From the NCBI RefSeq assembly GCF_001194135.2, contig NC_068995.1, positions 5,726,571-5,790,570 on the forward strand: DNA of 64,000 nt, read 5' to 3'. Positions 1-11,144 of this stretch are shown piece after piece. The DNA comes from Octopus bimaculoides. Taxonomy: Eukaryota. The notes below the pieces were generated by a model. The model saw only the letters and a list, made by a program, of their open reading frames with translations, was not told the DNA's origin and ran no database searches. The translations under genes and the position numbers were made by a program. Each line of letters starts with the position of its first letter. The first letter of the stretch is position 1.

Positions 1-555
1 TTTTTTTACATATCTTTGGGCACTAATTATGAAGAGCATGACTGTCAGAGTTTTCTATAGATAAGAAAAAAATATACATAGGTATAAAAATAAAATTCGA
101 AAGAGCTATCCACCTAAACAAAATGGAGTTTATTGATATAAAAGTCAACTGAATGCTACATCCGCCATTTTAGTTTTATTTATTTAGTAATCATCGTAGC
201 TGTTGTTGGCGGTAGTGGTAAAAGTTATGAGATCGGTGGATGTGGTCATAGGAGATTTAAAGATGATGTGGGGGTACTTAGAGAAGGTGTTTTATAATCA
301 ACAAGTTACGTGATAATAACAGGCTGATGGTTAGTAGACGGTGTATCACATTTTGGCAAAACGTTCAATTCTTGATTGAACTATTTCCTCTCCACTGGTC
401 CTTCTTAATTGCAATTTGCAATAATAGCCAATCGTCTGGATTAGCGCCGAACAACGCAACGATTTTAATGAATTCATGACGTTAATCTGTTTTTTACTTA
501 CTATACCGAGGTCAATTTGTTCTTGTTGTAGTCTCTTCATACCACATCAGCTAGT

Positions 556-556
<1 letters not shown>

Positions 557-639
<83 letters not shown>
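557..639. repeat. (GA)n microsatellite
   Basis: Pure GA dinucleotide run. Confidence 0.97.
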
Positions 640-644
<5 letters not shown>

Positions 645-999
645 GAGAGTGCATAATCTATGCATGACATTCTACACTAGATTGTACACTCGTAGGCCCC
701 AATGATAAATTACAGCTTTCAGCTTTCTCTATGGGTTGCCTACGCCAAAATACGTTTAACCCATAAAGCACTGGATTTGCACTTACATAGCATGGACTGC
801 TGAGCACATTTTATGAAAATGAGACTACCACGCACATATAAAAAGCAAAAAAATATTTTAAATATCTTCTTAATATATAATGGCGGCAAGTTTTACATCA
901 TCAGAAAAGTCATTAGTTACATTCTGCGGGGGTATCGGAGCGTATGAGTTACATTAGACCCAATAAACGCCCATATATTACATACATCTATCTGGGCCA

Positions 1000-1270
1000 T
1001 GATCGTAGCCTGTCGACCTGTGCGTGACGGCCACGACCGTGGCCTGTCGTACTTTAGGTCGTAAGACTGCTCATACATTCGGGTGTAAGTTCCATCTTGC
1101 TTGCAGCCCAGTTCTTCAGTAAACGCCCAGAATGTTGCTCCAGATAAAAGAACCGACTGCACCGTTGCACAGAAAAAATCCTCTTTTGGTAGTCTGACTG
1201 GGCTGATTTCTAGACATCAAACTTTTCACTCACACAAAAACACCCCTACAGCTCCAAGTATATGGCATAC
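1000..1270 (-). mobile_element. Decayed RTE/RTEX-like LINE fragment (region C-terminal to the RT domain)
   Basis: Minus strand reads FFCATVQSVLLSGATFWAFTEELGCKQDGTYTRMY, resembling the RTE-type motif FFRATVESVLLYGxExW...LDGxYTRMLR as I recall it; frameshifted upstream. Confidence 0.6.
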
Positions 1271-1349
1271 TATCCTATCACATATTTACTTACACGTAAT
1301 TATATATATGTCTAAGTGTGTGTGTGTGTGCGTGTGTGTGTGTGTGTGA

Positions 1350-1536
1350 CCCCCTCCTCATCACTTGAGAAACGGCGCTGGTTTGTTTACGTCTCCAGAC
1401 TTAAATATTTCGTCGAAAAGAGACCGATAAAGTACCTGAATTCAAAAGAAAATAATTACTGGGGACGATCCACTCGACTAAACGATACCTCAAAGCGGTA
1501 CTCCAGCATGGCCGCAGTCTAATGACTGCAACAAGA
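1350..1536 (+). mobile_element. SINE type B, 3' half
   Basis: Follows (TG)n; contains CTGGGGACGATCCACTCGACT and CTCCAGCATGGCCGCAGTCTAATGACTG, matching copies at 20541, 23104 and 44183. Confidence 0.75.
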
Positions 1537-1537
1537 T

Positions 1538-1561
<24 letters not shown>

Positions 1562-1568
<7 letters not shown>

Positions 1569-1682
1569 ATAATTAAGGGATCAGCAAACATTTGCTTCAC
1601 CACATACCGAAGTTCAGAAATAGCAGCTAAAAAAGCTGAGACTCCAACAGATAGCATTACTTGTAACTCACAAAGGCAAAAA
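1562..1682 (+). repeat. 121-bp segment repeated identically at 2099-2219
   Basis: Base-by-base identity at offset 537. Contains one arm-like copy (1581-1632) of the palindromic element at 11145. Confidence 0.92.
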
Positions 1683-2098
1683 CAAGAAGAAAACGAACCA
1701 TTCGAAGTTAATCATAGACGCGTTTCTGGATTATGAGCAATACTCAATTTCCTTCATCGGTATGATATTCTAGTAGTAAATTCGACTATGCTAGCAAACT
1801 GTGCACGCATGAACGAGTGAACATTCATGCATCGGCACAACCTGGAAGCATAACCGAACCTACATCGGCCAGCCAGTCCACTATTTCCTCCCCAAGAAAT
1901 TACAATGTGCGTCACAAGCAATACCGCAGAAAATTTGCGGTTTACTATCAGGCAGTGAATAATTATTACAATTAAAAGGGTAAAGGTTTATCAATTTATT
2001 AATTTATTAATAAATCAACAATTAATAATTTTTACCAAGCCCTTGGGTATGTAAACACCATTATCGGTGGAGAACTTATTTAAAAATTCTTATACATT

Positions 2099-2261
2099 TA
2101 TAAACATAATTAAGGGATCAGCAAACATTTGCTTCACCACATACCGAAGTTCAGAAATAGCAGCTAAAAAAGCTGAGACTCCAACAGATAGCATTACTTG
2201 TAACTCACAAAGGCAAAAAATTAATAAATTGATAAACCTTTACCCTTTTAATTGTAATAAT
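2099..2261. repeat. Composite duplicated segment: direct copy of 1562-1682 fused to inverted copy of 1962-2005
   Basis: 2099-2219 equals 1562-1682; 2218-2261 equals the reverse complement of 1962-2005; the two overlap by 2 nt (AA). Confidence 0.9.
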
Positions 2262-2262
2262 C

Positions 2263-2316
<54 letters not shown>

Positions 2317-3014
2317 AGAGAGAGAGAGAGCTTTGCAGCTTGATGCACTGCGATGCAGAAGTGAAATAATAAACCATGTAAGTGGAGAGCTTATTACAAC
2401 GTGAGAAGTAAGAGTTTAATAACCTTTATAAATTTCAGGCACAAACACCCACCAACAACCGTTCACTATGAAGATTAGCCTTTGTGCTTAAAATATATAA
2501 AGGTTATTAAACTCTTTCTTTTCGCATTGTAAGAAGCTCGCCGTCTTCGTTAAATACATCATAATATCGTGTTAAATAATTTATTCACTGTTCGGTGTTT
2601 GAGGTTAGTTTTCTCGCTTATTTATTGTCAAGAATTTATTAGTGAGTGATTGATAAATTGCAGATATTTATTCAGAGAAAATATAATATAAATTTTCTAG
2701 AGACAGTGTCATGTTTTCAGACTGTATTCAAGCAGAATGAGTATCAACGAAGTCATAATTAAGAACGGCTTTATGGTTAATTATATTTAGAGTCGGAAAA
2801 CGTATTGTATTCTGCTATAGAATTAATTAATTTAATTTACAGTTTTTATTTTATATCAGTTGTGTCGTAGACTCATTCGGAAATCATATGTATGTATCTA
2901 TTACTCCACCAACCTACCTACCAACCTATCTGTCTCTCTGTACTTGCCTGTCTTTCTATCAACCTTTTGTGTGTGCTTGTAAATAAGTCTGCATTNNNNN
3001 NNNNNTATCCTTAT

Positions 3015-3380
3015 GGGTGCAAGAATGGCTGTATGGTTAAAAAGCACGCGTTATAAGGATATGATCTCGAGTTCAGTGCCACTCAACTATGGGCAAATGT
3101 TTGCTTTGACTGGGTCGATCGATGCCTTGTGATTGAAATAGGTAGAGAGAAACTATGAGAGATGCCCATCATGTATTTATATGCGTGTGTGTGTGTTTCC
3201 ACAACCGTTTGAAACCCGCTTGTGGTTGCTTCCATCCTCGTGAATCAGTAGTTTGGTAAAAATGACAGATTAAGTACCAGACTGAAATAAAAATATAATG
3301 GAGTGTCGATTTAGTCGACCAAACTCTTTAAGGTGGTTCCTCAGCATGGCAGCATTTTAATGACAAGCAAGTGAGAAACG
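3015..3380 (+). mobile_element. SINE type B, near full length, diverged
   Basis: tRNA-like head (TGGCTGTATGGTTAA ... GAGTTCAGTGCC), GGGCAAATGT CORE-like block, internal TG/TA tract, tail with GTCGATTTAGTCGAC and CAGCATGGC. Confidence 0.65.
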
Positions 3381-3829
3381 TAAGAAAAAAGGTAAAACAG
3401 TACTATGTGTTTTATAAAATTCAAAAATTAGTAGTTTTTATAATCAAATGAAAAGTTAAAATTTCGCTCGATTTTCCACCAGCCAAGTTTGTAGTTTTTA
3501 GGGTGCTGACTTTGAGAAAGAAGCTAATCTTGACCTATAGCAAAAAACTAGTAAGGAAAAATGGCGTACACTCAAGTATAACGCCTTCGTTTATACATCA
3601 GATTGTTTTGCCTAAATTCTAACTAAACAACGAAGCCATTACGCTGCATTAATGTACAACAAAGAGTGACAACGGAGAACTGACTACGCAGTGATACATC
3701 CTGCTAGAAATAGCCGCTTAAACTTCCTTAAAAGTTAAGACAAGATTGATAGTGTAATCCTACGCACATTTCCATTTTATTATCTATAGGTGTATTTGAC
3801 AATTTTAACTTTTTTTATATTTTAAAAGA

Positions 3830-4150
3830 GAAGTCCCAAAGAAGGGGAGAAGTCATAAGAAGCGGGAAAAGCAATGATATGGAAGAGAATCTCCAAGTCT
3901 GGCAGTTCGATGGAAAAAAGCCACAACTGTAGAAAGACTTCTTTCTACGTGGAAACATAATTGCATTTGGATGAAAACGCTGTGAGTTCCGTATCATCCG
4001 AGATGACACAAGGCGACCTGGAACTAAGACAGAACATTCACCAGAGCACTCACTGTGATAATAAGAGTAGCAAACAAACTAAGACTGGCAGGGTCGCGTC
4101 CATGTTGTAAGGGTTGCAAAGCTGAAGAGAGGTCCCAGACAAATTAGAGA
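3830..4150 (+). mobile_element. Possible highly decayed RTE-like LINE 3' fragment
   Basis: Broken frames give VIIRVANKLRLAG and VHVVRVAKLKRGPRQI, loosely like IRxRRLRxAGHVxR...PKQI. Weak. Confidence 0.3.
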
Positions 4151-4357
4151 CTAGCTTCTGAACCCAGTCGAAAAAAAAATCCAAGTATTTTTTCAGTATG
4201 TCATAGATATTGGTCATAGTCACGATAAGCATCTAATTGTTGCATTTTAATTCTTAGAAAGAATTAAAATGTGCCATGTGTGATTCACATATGCCCGTCT
4301 ATCATACATACATATATATTCGTTGGCATAAAAGCCCGCCCCGCTCTCTCTCTCTTT

Positions 4358-4403
<46 letters not shown>

Positions 4404-5249
4404 TACAATGTGTGTTAGTGTGTGTATGTGTATGCAAATATATACATAAGTCAAAGATACAGACACCGAGAAAGGCCTGTAGGTAGACACAGAGATGTAC
4501 ACACAGACAGAAGAGAACGTCCATTGAGCAAAGTTGTGAAAGCACCTGTAAGTAATAATCGAATATATTTGTTCGATACTCTTATTGAGTTAATTATAAA
4601 ATGTCATGCAAATCGATTGGCGTATACCTACACACGCTGGAGTGTATATATGTATGTAAATCTGTTTATCTGCATCTATGACAGTGTGTGATAGTGTAGA
4701 TCACAGGAAAATACTTATGACTTTCTATTTATTTAAACATCGCTCTATTTGATTATATGTATGTATGTATATATATATATAAATATATGTATATATATGC
4801 GCGCAATATATTTCTCTTCAAAATGTAATGAGTAGAAATAACCCTCCGTATTTCTTCTTTTGCAACATCATTCCACCCACAACGTCTCACCTAGCCACCA
4901 TTCCATTCCTGAAATCAATATTTCCGTCATAGAATAATAACAGCATTTTTTTTCTCTTTGATTAAAAAATCAATATCTGCTTTGCCGAAGTTCGATGTGA
5001 TATTTTCGTTATTCTTTATTTTACTTCATGTATTTTTTGTTTTGTTATAGAAATTAGTGTTTCGATTCTTAAGAAACCTATGTCAGCTGTAAAAGTATTT
5101 AGAGAAAGAATTATGCTTCTTTGAAAAAACTATATGGCAAAACAAAAAAAAGACGAAAAAACAACCGTAACGAACATTCAGAAACACAAAATATACGAGG
5201 AAAACAAATAAATATAGAACACATTATCGCACCAATAGCGTATCCCTTC

Positions 5250-5458
5250 ATACTCTAAACACAATGCCCGAAATTTTGGGGGAGGGGGCCAGTCGATTAG
5301 ATCGACTCCAGTATGTAACTGGTACTTAATTTATCGACTCTGAAAGGGTGAAAGGCAAAGTCAACCTCGGCGGAATTTGAACTCAAAACGTTAAGACAGA
5401 TGAAACACCGCTAAGCATTTCGCCCGGCGTGGTAACCATTCTGCCAGATCACTGCCTT
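5250..5458 (-). mobile_element. SINE type A (tRNA head, central domain, hairpin tail), full length
   Basis: Sense strand: AAGGCAGTGATCTGGCAGAATGGTTACC (A-box-like), GAGTTCAAATTCC (B box), GCCTTTCACCCTTTCAGAGTCGATAAATTAAGTACCAG, GTCGATCTAATCGAC. Many homologous copies in the window. Confidence 0.88.
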
Positions 5459-5861
5459 GCACCAACAGTGTATTGCATGTATGTTATGACGGAGGGAGGG
5501 GAAGAGAACTAATGAGAGGATTAGATATACATTTATCTCAAATTAAACAACTTTTGTAGAGAGATTGTGGAATTTCAACTGATTCTCCAACAAGGGATTT
5601 TTATCTTCTTTGAAACGCGACAAAATCTCCAGACTCACAACTATGTCATATGATGTGCTGCATGATTTGGTAGAAATGTTTGAGCGTTGGGTAAAATTCC
5701 TTCATGGTTATTATTTAAAGTGCTTGCAGCTGTAAGTTCAAATCTCTCCGAGGTAATCGCTTTTTTTTTCTTTCTGCAATATCCTGGAGTTGATACAATT
5801 GTAACATTGTTCGAAATGTGCTGCCTAGTCTTGACGTATGAAGTCACTACTTCTTTTGATC

Positions 5862-6035
5862 AACAATAGGAGTAAGCTGGCACAATCGTTAGAACATCAG
5901 AAAATATAATGTGCGATATTTCTTTAGACTTTTTTTGTTGGTTCAAATCTTGGTTCAAATTCCGCGTAGGTCAAATCTGCTTTTAATAATTTCGAGGGGC
6001 AAAATAAAGCCCCTGGGATCAATGTAATCAACTAT
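5862..6035 (+). mobile_element. SINE type A, old degenerate copy
   Basis: GAGTAAGCTGGCACAATCGTTAG head, GGTTCAAATTCC B box, GGGATCAATGTAATCAAC remnant of the tail hairpin. Confidence 0.5.
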
Positions 6036-7298
6036 GATCTCCTCTTGCAATTGCTAGCGCTTTACCTGAATCAGTAACTATTAATCCTAGTGTGAATTTT
6101 AATAAGACGGTTTTTTTCTCTCTGTCAATTTATTTGTGATTAATGTTGTTTATCAAGACCTTTGTTAACCTTGATAAAAGACATTCCCGCTGTGACCACC
6201 TCGTACCATAGCAATATCCGAGATTAGATTTTCTAAAGCATTATTATTTAAAAAGTTTGGGGGTGGGGTGATTCGAGAGAGAATTTTTACTTCTTGTCAG
6301 TTTATTATATAGAAGCCATTTCATTGACTTCACGTCGTTCTAGGTTTAAATCTGTCCAGATATTTCTTTCTTTAATCCTAAGTACCAGTAATATACGAGG
6401 CTTATTTCAGTCACCCATACCCAATTCAAAAATTTTCTTATTGTACTAAACTTACACGATAATGTTTGGTTATTTAGTTACCTCTGTTCACAATCTAGAT
6501 TCTTCTCCGGGTATTGTTTACTTTATTTCAATAAATTAACGTTAGGCAATCATTGCAGATCAATTAAAGTAACATGCAATTATCGTGACACATAGCGTAA
6601 TTTATAAATCTTGCTAGCATTTCCGTACCGTCAATAATGACAAACTTTTATCTCTTTTAAATTTGTTAAATATGATAAAATACAGTTTTCCCATCCGTGT
6701 TCCACCATCCAAGGAAATAATTTTGCCTATAAGAACTCACCTGGTACTACTATGAACAACGACGATAAATGCAAATATAGCGTTAAATCCCTCATCTAAA
6801 CACTGGTTTGCTAGAAACAACAGCCAAATCTGACTTAAATAAGACAATGAATTCTCAAAAAAAGACCGACACTAATTTTATGTCACAAAACTTGATTCTC
6901 ACGGTTAGAATGTATTTAACCATAGATCAATGTTACTAAAACAATAAACACAGCATAATATAAAACCACATGAAACTGAGAAATAGTCTACTGGTTTCAA
7001 ATTAATATTCTGTATGGTAACTTAATCTCTGCCCACCACATCTTACAAGTACTTGCCTTCGTTATAGCAACCATATAGATTCATATCTTCTGGGAGGAAC
7101 GCACGGTGGAATTATTATTATTATTATTATTATTGATAATTGAAAATACATATCTACACAAGGTTATTAGAACATATTCACACTTACAAATTGATGTACG
7201 TACATATAGGAGTGTGAGTGTACATATCTTTAGAAACACACGCATACGATCCAGCCAGTTGCTTGTGGGCACGTCGATGCTCACATCCCCATAAGTCC

Positions 7299-7372
<74 letters not shown>

Positions 7373-8780
7373 CATACATATATTAATATATACATATATA
7401 CATATTTATATACATCCACATATGAATACATGCCTATATATATATATGCATACATACATACACATAGAGGAAATACTTTTAATTAAAGTGTTATTTACTT
7501 CATCTATAGTATGTAATTGATTAGACGTAATCAGCTATGTATCAGTGACATTGATCAATACATAGCCTGACCCAAATCTTATTGTGTTTGCACTTTTCTT
7601 ATTATTTCTATTTCCAATAGGTTGAATACAGTGTCAACTCGCTGTGTAGGTATATGCAAGTGTATCCATGTATGTATGTGCATGTATGTTCATGTATATG
7701 TGTGAGTACGTATATGTGCATGTATGTCTTGTAAGTGGGTGTGACTAGTCTCCAGTTATTTTTCTTTATTGGAAGTAGGTAAGCATGCGTCTTAAGATCC
7801 TCCTATATTCAAGCCATTCTCTCTTTCCCTCTCTCTATACACATTCTATATATGCCCACATTTTATGTGTGTGTCTGTGTGTGTGTGTGCATGGTGTTAT
7901 GTTGCATGTAGAATTGAGAAAGTAGTGATTAATACAATCTAGTAAATATATATTGATTACTGTTAATGTTGTTTACGTCCATACTGATTCGCACCAAAGA
8001 GGTTTTCACTGGAAAGGAATTCAACAAATAGTCTTATGAAAATGGTAACAAAATTATTTCATTGTTAATGTTTACTGTCAGAAGAAGGTTTTTGCTCTAA
8101 ACTACCTATTGGTCTCAAATGTTTACAGAATTACTTGAATAAGTTTTAATTTCTGTGTTATACTTTGTTCCTACATCGACAATGTGACAATATTTCTGGC
8201 CTTTTTCTTGACAGCTTGTGTTCTTTTAATTAGAATGTAATCTTTCTCTGCTATAGAAGTTAGCATTTTTGACATACAATTATCAATACATTGGTTGTTC
8301 AATTGCCATACACGTTTACAACAAGGTAACATATATCACATCTCTTCAATCTACTTCTAATTCAATATGAATCTTTGTTCTACTTGTACGGTGATTTAGC
8401 ATAGCAGCAAATAGATTTTACGCTATTTTCATATATATATATATATATATCAGACCACCGATTCCTTTCGAGCTGACACGAGTTTACGGTACCGTTAAGC
8501 AGAAGTAACAACGAAATATTGATAGCCACCGTTCTCGTTCATATACAAGGCGATTCGTTTTGCCTGCTTCTTGAAATATGCAATGATATATTCTTTGATT
8601 GACATTCGACGTCTTTAAAGCAACTTTCCCCTGGACAAAATTCCGCAGCTGATAAATCAAAACATATATTGTGTGACATCAATCCTGTTTATATTATTAG
8701 AGCTGCTTTTAATTGGCAATTTAACACACACACACACATGTGCGTGTTTCATACGAAGCAGAAGAGGAGTTAGAGGAAAT

Positions 8781-8818
<38 letters not shown>

Positions 8819-8993
8819 TGAGGCATACATGGCTGTTTCATATCTTGAAGTAGCCGAAGTATTCGAGGTTCAGTTTGTCTCAACCTAATCAATTCGTTGA
8901 TGGCCAAGAGTCATAGATTATGTGGTCGTGTCGAGTAACTGATTGGATATCATATTGTAAGATTAAATTCTAGAAGCAAGGTTAAAATATCGC

Positions 8994-8994
<1 letters not shown>

Positions 8995-9058
<64 letters not shown>
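8995..9058. repeat. (GA)n microsatellite
   Basis: Pure GA run. Confidence 0.97.
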
Positions 9059-9059
<1 letters not shown>

Positions 9060-9484
9060 AATATAAAATTGACAAAGGTTTACGTAGATGGCGTTACTGA
9101 ATTCAGATCCAAACGGAGGACGATATATATTAAAACTAGTGTAGTCACATGTCTAAATCTTCTAAAATCAAGAAGGATAATGTAGGTTTTAGAACACAAA
9201 AGAGGCGGGCTGGTTACTGACAGAAGCCCTTGGATCATAGAGCGTTTCGTTTAGTGGCAACCTGAGGCAAAATAACTCCAACCACCATTTTCAGTATAGA
9301 ATAAAGAAAGCTGTAATCTTCTTCGAAATGATTGGCTCAAGTACATTTCATACAAGGTAAAAAAGAACGAAAGAAAATAGCCTTAGAGAAAATTAGATAA
9401 TCAGTTTTGATTCCCACGAAGTCAGTTAATTTGCTTATAAATTTTATCTAAGTTGAAAATTGCCATTATCAATCATGGATTGAG

Positions 9485-9695
9485 GGCGGCGAGCAGACAG
9501 AATAGTTAGCACTTCAGACAAAATTCTTCGCGGTATTCCGCTTATTTTTACTTTCTGAATTCAAAATCCGCCGAGGTCGACTTTGCTTTGCATAAAGTCG
9601 GGTCGATAAAATAAGTAGCAGCTGAGCACTGTGGTCCATGTAACCGACTTTATTACTCACCGCAAATTCTAGGCCTTGTGCCTTTAGTAGAAACG
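9485..9695 (+). mobile_element. SINE type A, full length
   Basis: GGCGGCGAGCAGACAGAATAGTTAGCAC head, TGAATTCAAAATCCGCCGAGGTCGAC, GGGTCGATAAAATAAGTAGCAG, tail GGCCTTGTGCCTTTAGTAGAAA. Confidence 0.82.
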
Positions 9696-9809
9696 ATGCA
9701 TTTAGATTTGTGTTTTCATATTAATTATTTTGAAAACATTTCAGCTGTTGTATCCCCCAAGCTCCACATGCCTGCCATATTTGTTAATGCTTTTGAATAT
9801 TGCAGACGA

Positions 9810-9980
9810 ACCCTTACATAATCCATGATTTTATGGTGTGCCCGAACCGATGTATAAGCCATGGATACTCAACATGTGACCCCACTTGCTTGAACCAGAA
9901 TATAAAGGCAGTTCCATAGAACAAATGGTTAGAGGAACAAGTAAAATAGAAATCCGCTGGGATACAGAAATACCAGTGTT
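9810..9980 (+). mobile_element. Possible R4/Dong-like LINE fragment (zinc knuckle to start of RLE domain)
   Basis: Broken frames HIIHDFMVCP and EQMVRGTSKIEIRWDTEIPV resemble HIISGCP and ...KILWDxxIxT of RLE-type non-LTR elements. Confidence 0.35.
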
Positions 9981-10133
9981 GGCCGAGGAACTGCAATGGG
10001 TACAATGAGGTTAACAAATGCAAGATTTAGTACTAAAAGTCAAAACAAGATCACTAAAAACCACTCACGGTTAAAACAATTGCAAGATTCAGCGGAGATG
10101 ATGGGTTTTCATAACCTTCTAAATTAGCCCGAC

Positions 10134-10183
<50 letters not shown>

Positions 10184-10282
10184 AGAGAGATGTACATAAA
10201 TACATATATAGACGATTACATACATACAAAAAACCTCACACGCAACACATCTCACACAAAAAATATACACAAATATATATAC

Positions 10283-10297
10283 CTATTATGTTCGTGT
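10283..10297 (-). other. Candidate 15-nt non-coding microexon
   Basis: Preceded by a 43-nt tract about 80% pyrimidine ending CTCTCAG; followed by TAG|GTATAT and GT-rich intron-like sequence. Confidence 0.3.
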
Positions 10298-10414
10298 CTG
10301 AGAGCAGAACAAAAAGACGAAAGATTGAGGCGCAGAAAGGAGTTATAACATCGTTATTGAAAGAGATATGGTTTCTGGTCAGCATTTTCCAACGAATATG
10401 ATGAGGCACCTTAC

Positions 10415-10700
10415 CTTCTTCGACACCAAATACTAATAATAAGGTTCTACCAATTGTTTTCTTTAGAATGCTGTCTTTCCAGTTGCATGATAAATAATGA
10501 AGCTATTCGGTTTTAATGCTGACTTCAGACGTCGTCTTCGTGAAGAATACGGTCATTAAAACTGTCTTCGTTCGAAAGTAATTTTACTCTGAGCATTTAG
10601 CAGACGATACAAGTTATCGTCTGCTAAAAAAAACTGGTGAAAAGAGGCATGCGTCGGTTGTATCCGGATGTTACCGGTTTAGACGTTGTTTGTGTAATAA
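10415..10700 (-). promoter_or_regulatory. Candidate promoter and non-coding first exon of a minus-strand transcript
   Basis: Non-repetitive, locally CpG-rich; ETS-like CCGGATGT (10664-10671), NRF1-like GCATGCG (10647-10653); ends in consensus donor AAG|GTAAGG at 10415/10414. No ATG-initiated frame reaches the donor. Confidence 0.38.
10596..10628. other. Perfect 14-bp inverted repeat with 5-nt loop
   Basis: TTTAGCAGACGATA-CAAGT-TATCGTCTGCTAAA. Confidence 0.9.
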
Positions 10701-11070
10701 CTGTGTGTGTGTGAGAGGGAGTGGGAGGGAGTGAGAGGGAGTGAGAGTAGGAGAGTGGTGTGTAACGGAGAGAGGGGGAGGGGGAGAGAAAAATATTGCA
10801 AGAAAGTGTGGCAAACAGGAAAATAGAGCGATAGAGAGAGTGATGTGACAGAGAGAGGGAGGGATGAATCGGAGTAAGGGGAGACAGGAGTGAAAGAGTG
10901 ATATGAAATAGAGAGAAAGAAGGGGAATTGAATAAGAGTTGAGTTGCAAAGGGCAAAATAGAAAAGAATATGAAAGAGAAAGAGAGGAAGACGAGAGAAA
11001 TAGAGAGGCGAGAGAAACAGAAGACGACGACAGAATAAGGGAGGCGAGAGAAAGACCAATAGCTTGACTT
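10700..11070. repeat. Imperfect polypurine (GA-rich) tract
   Basis: About 370 nt dominated by A/G on the plus strand; it explains ORFs 10624-11076, 10671-10949 and 10679-11059. Confidence 0.85.
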
Positions 11071-11144
11071 AATCATTAAAGTGTGTATGTGCTTAAGTCT
11101 ATAATAATTTTATATATATATATATATATATTTAAATTTAGGGT

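Noticed and set aside
1014-1061. GC-rich hairpin (CGACCT...GGCCACG-AC-CGTGGCC...AGGTCG) as a miRNA precursor or Helitron end
   Set aside because: Lies inside the RTE-like coding relic; the loop is too small for a typical pre-miRNA and no Helitron terminus follows.
10624-11076. 150-aa minus-strand ORF and two overlapping ORFs
   Set aside because: Translation of a CT-rich low-complexity tract (S/L/F/P-rich); no domain.
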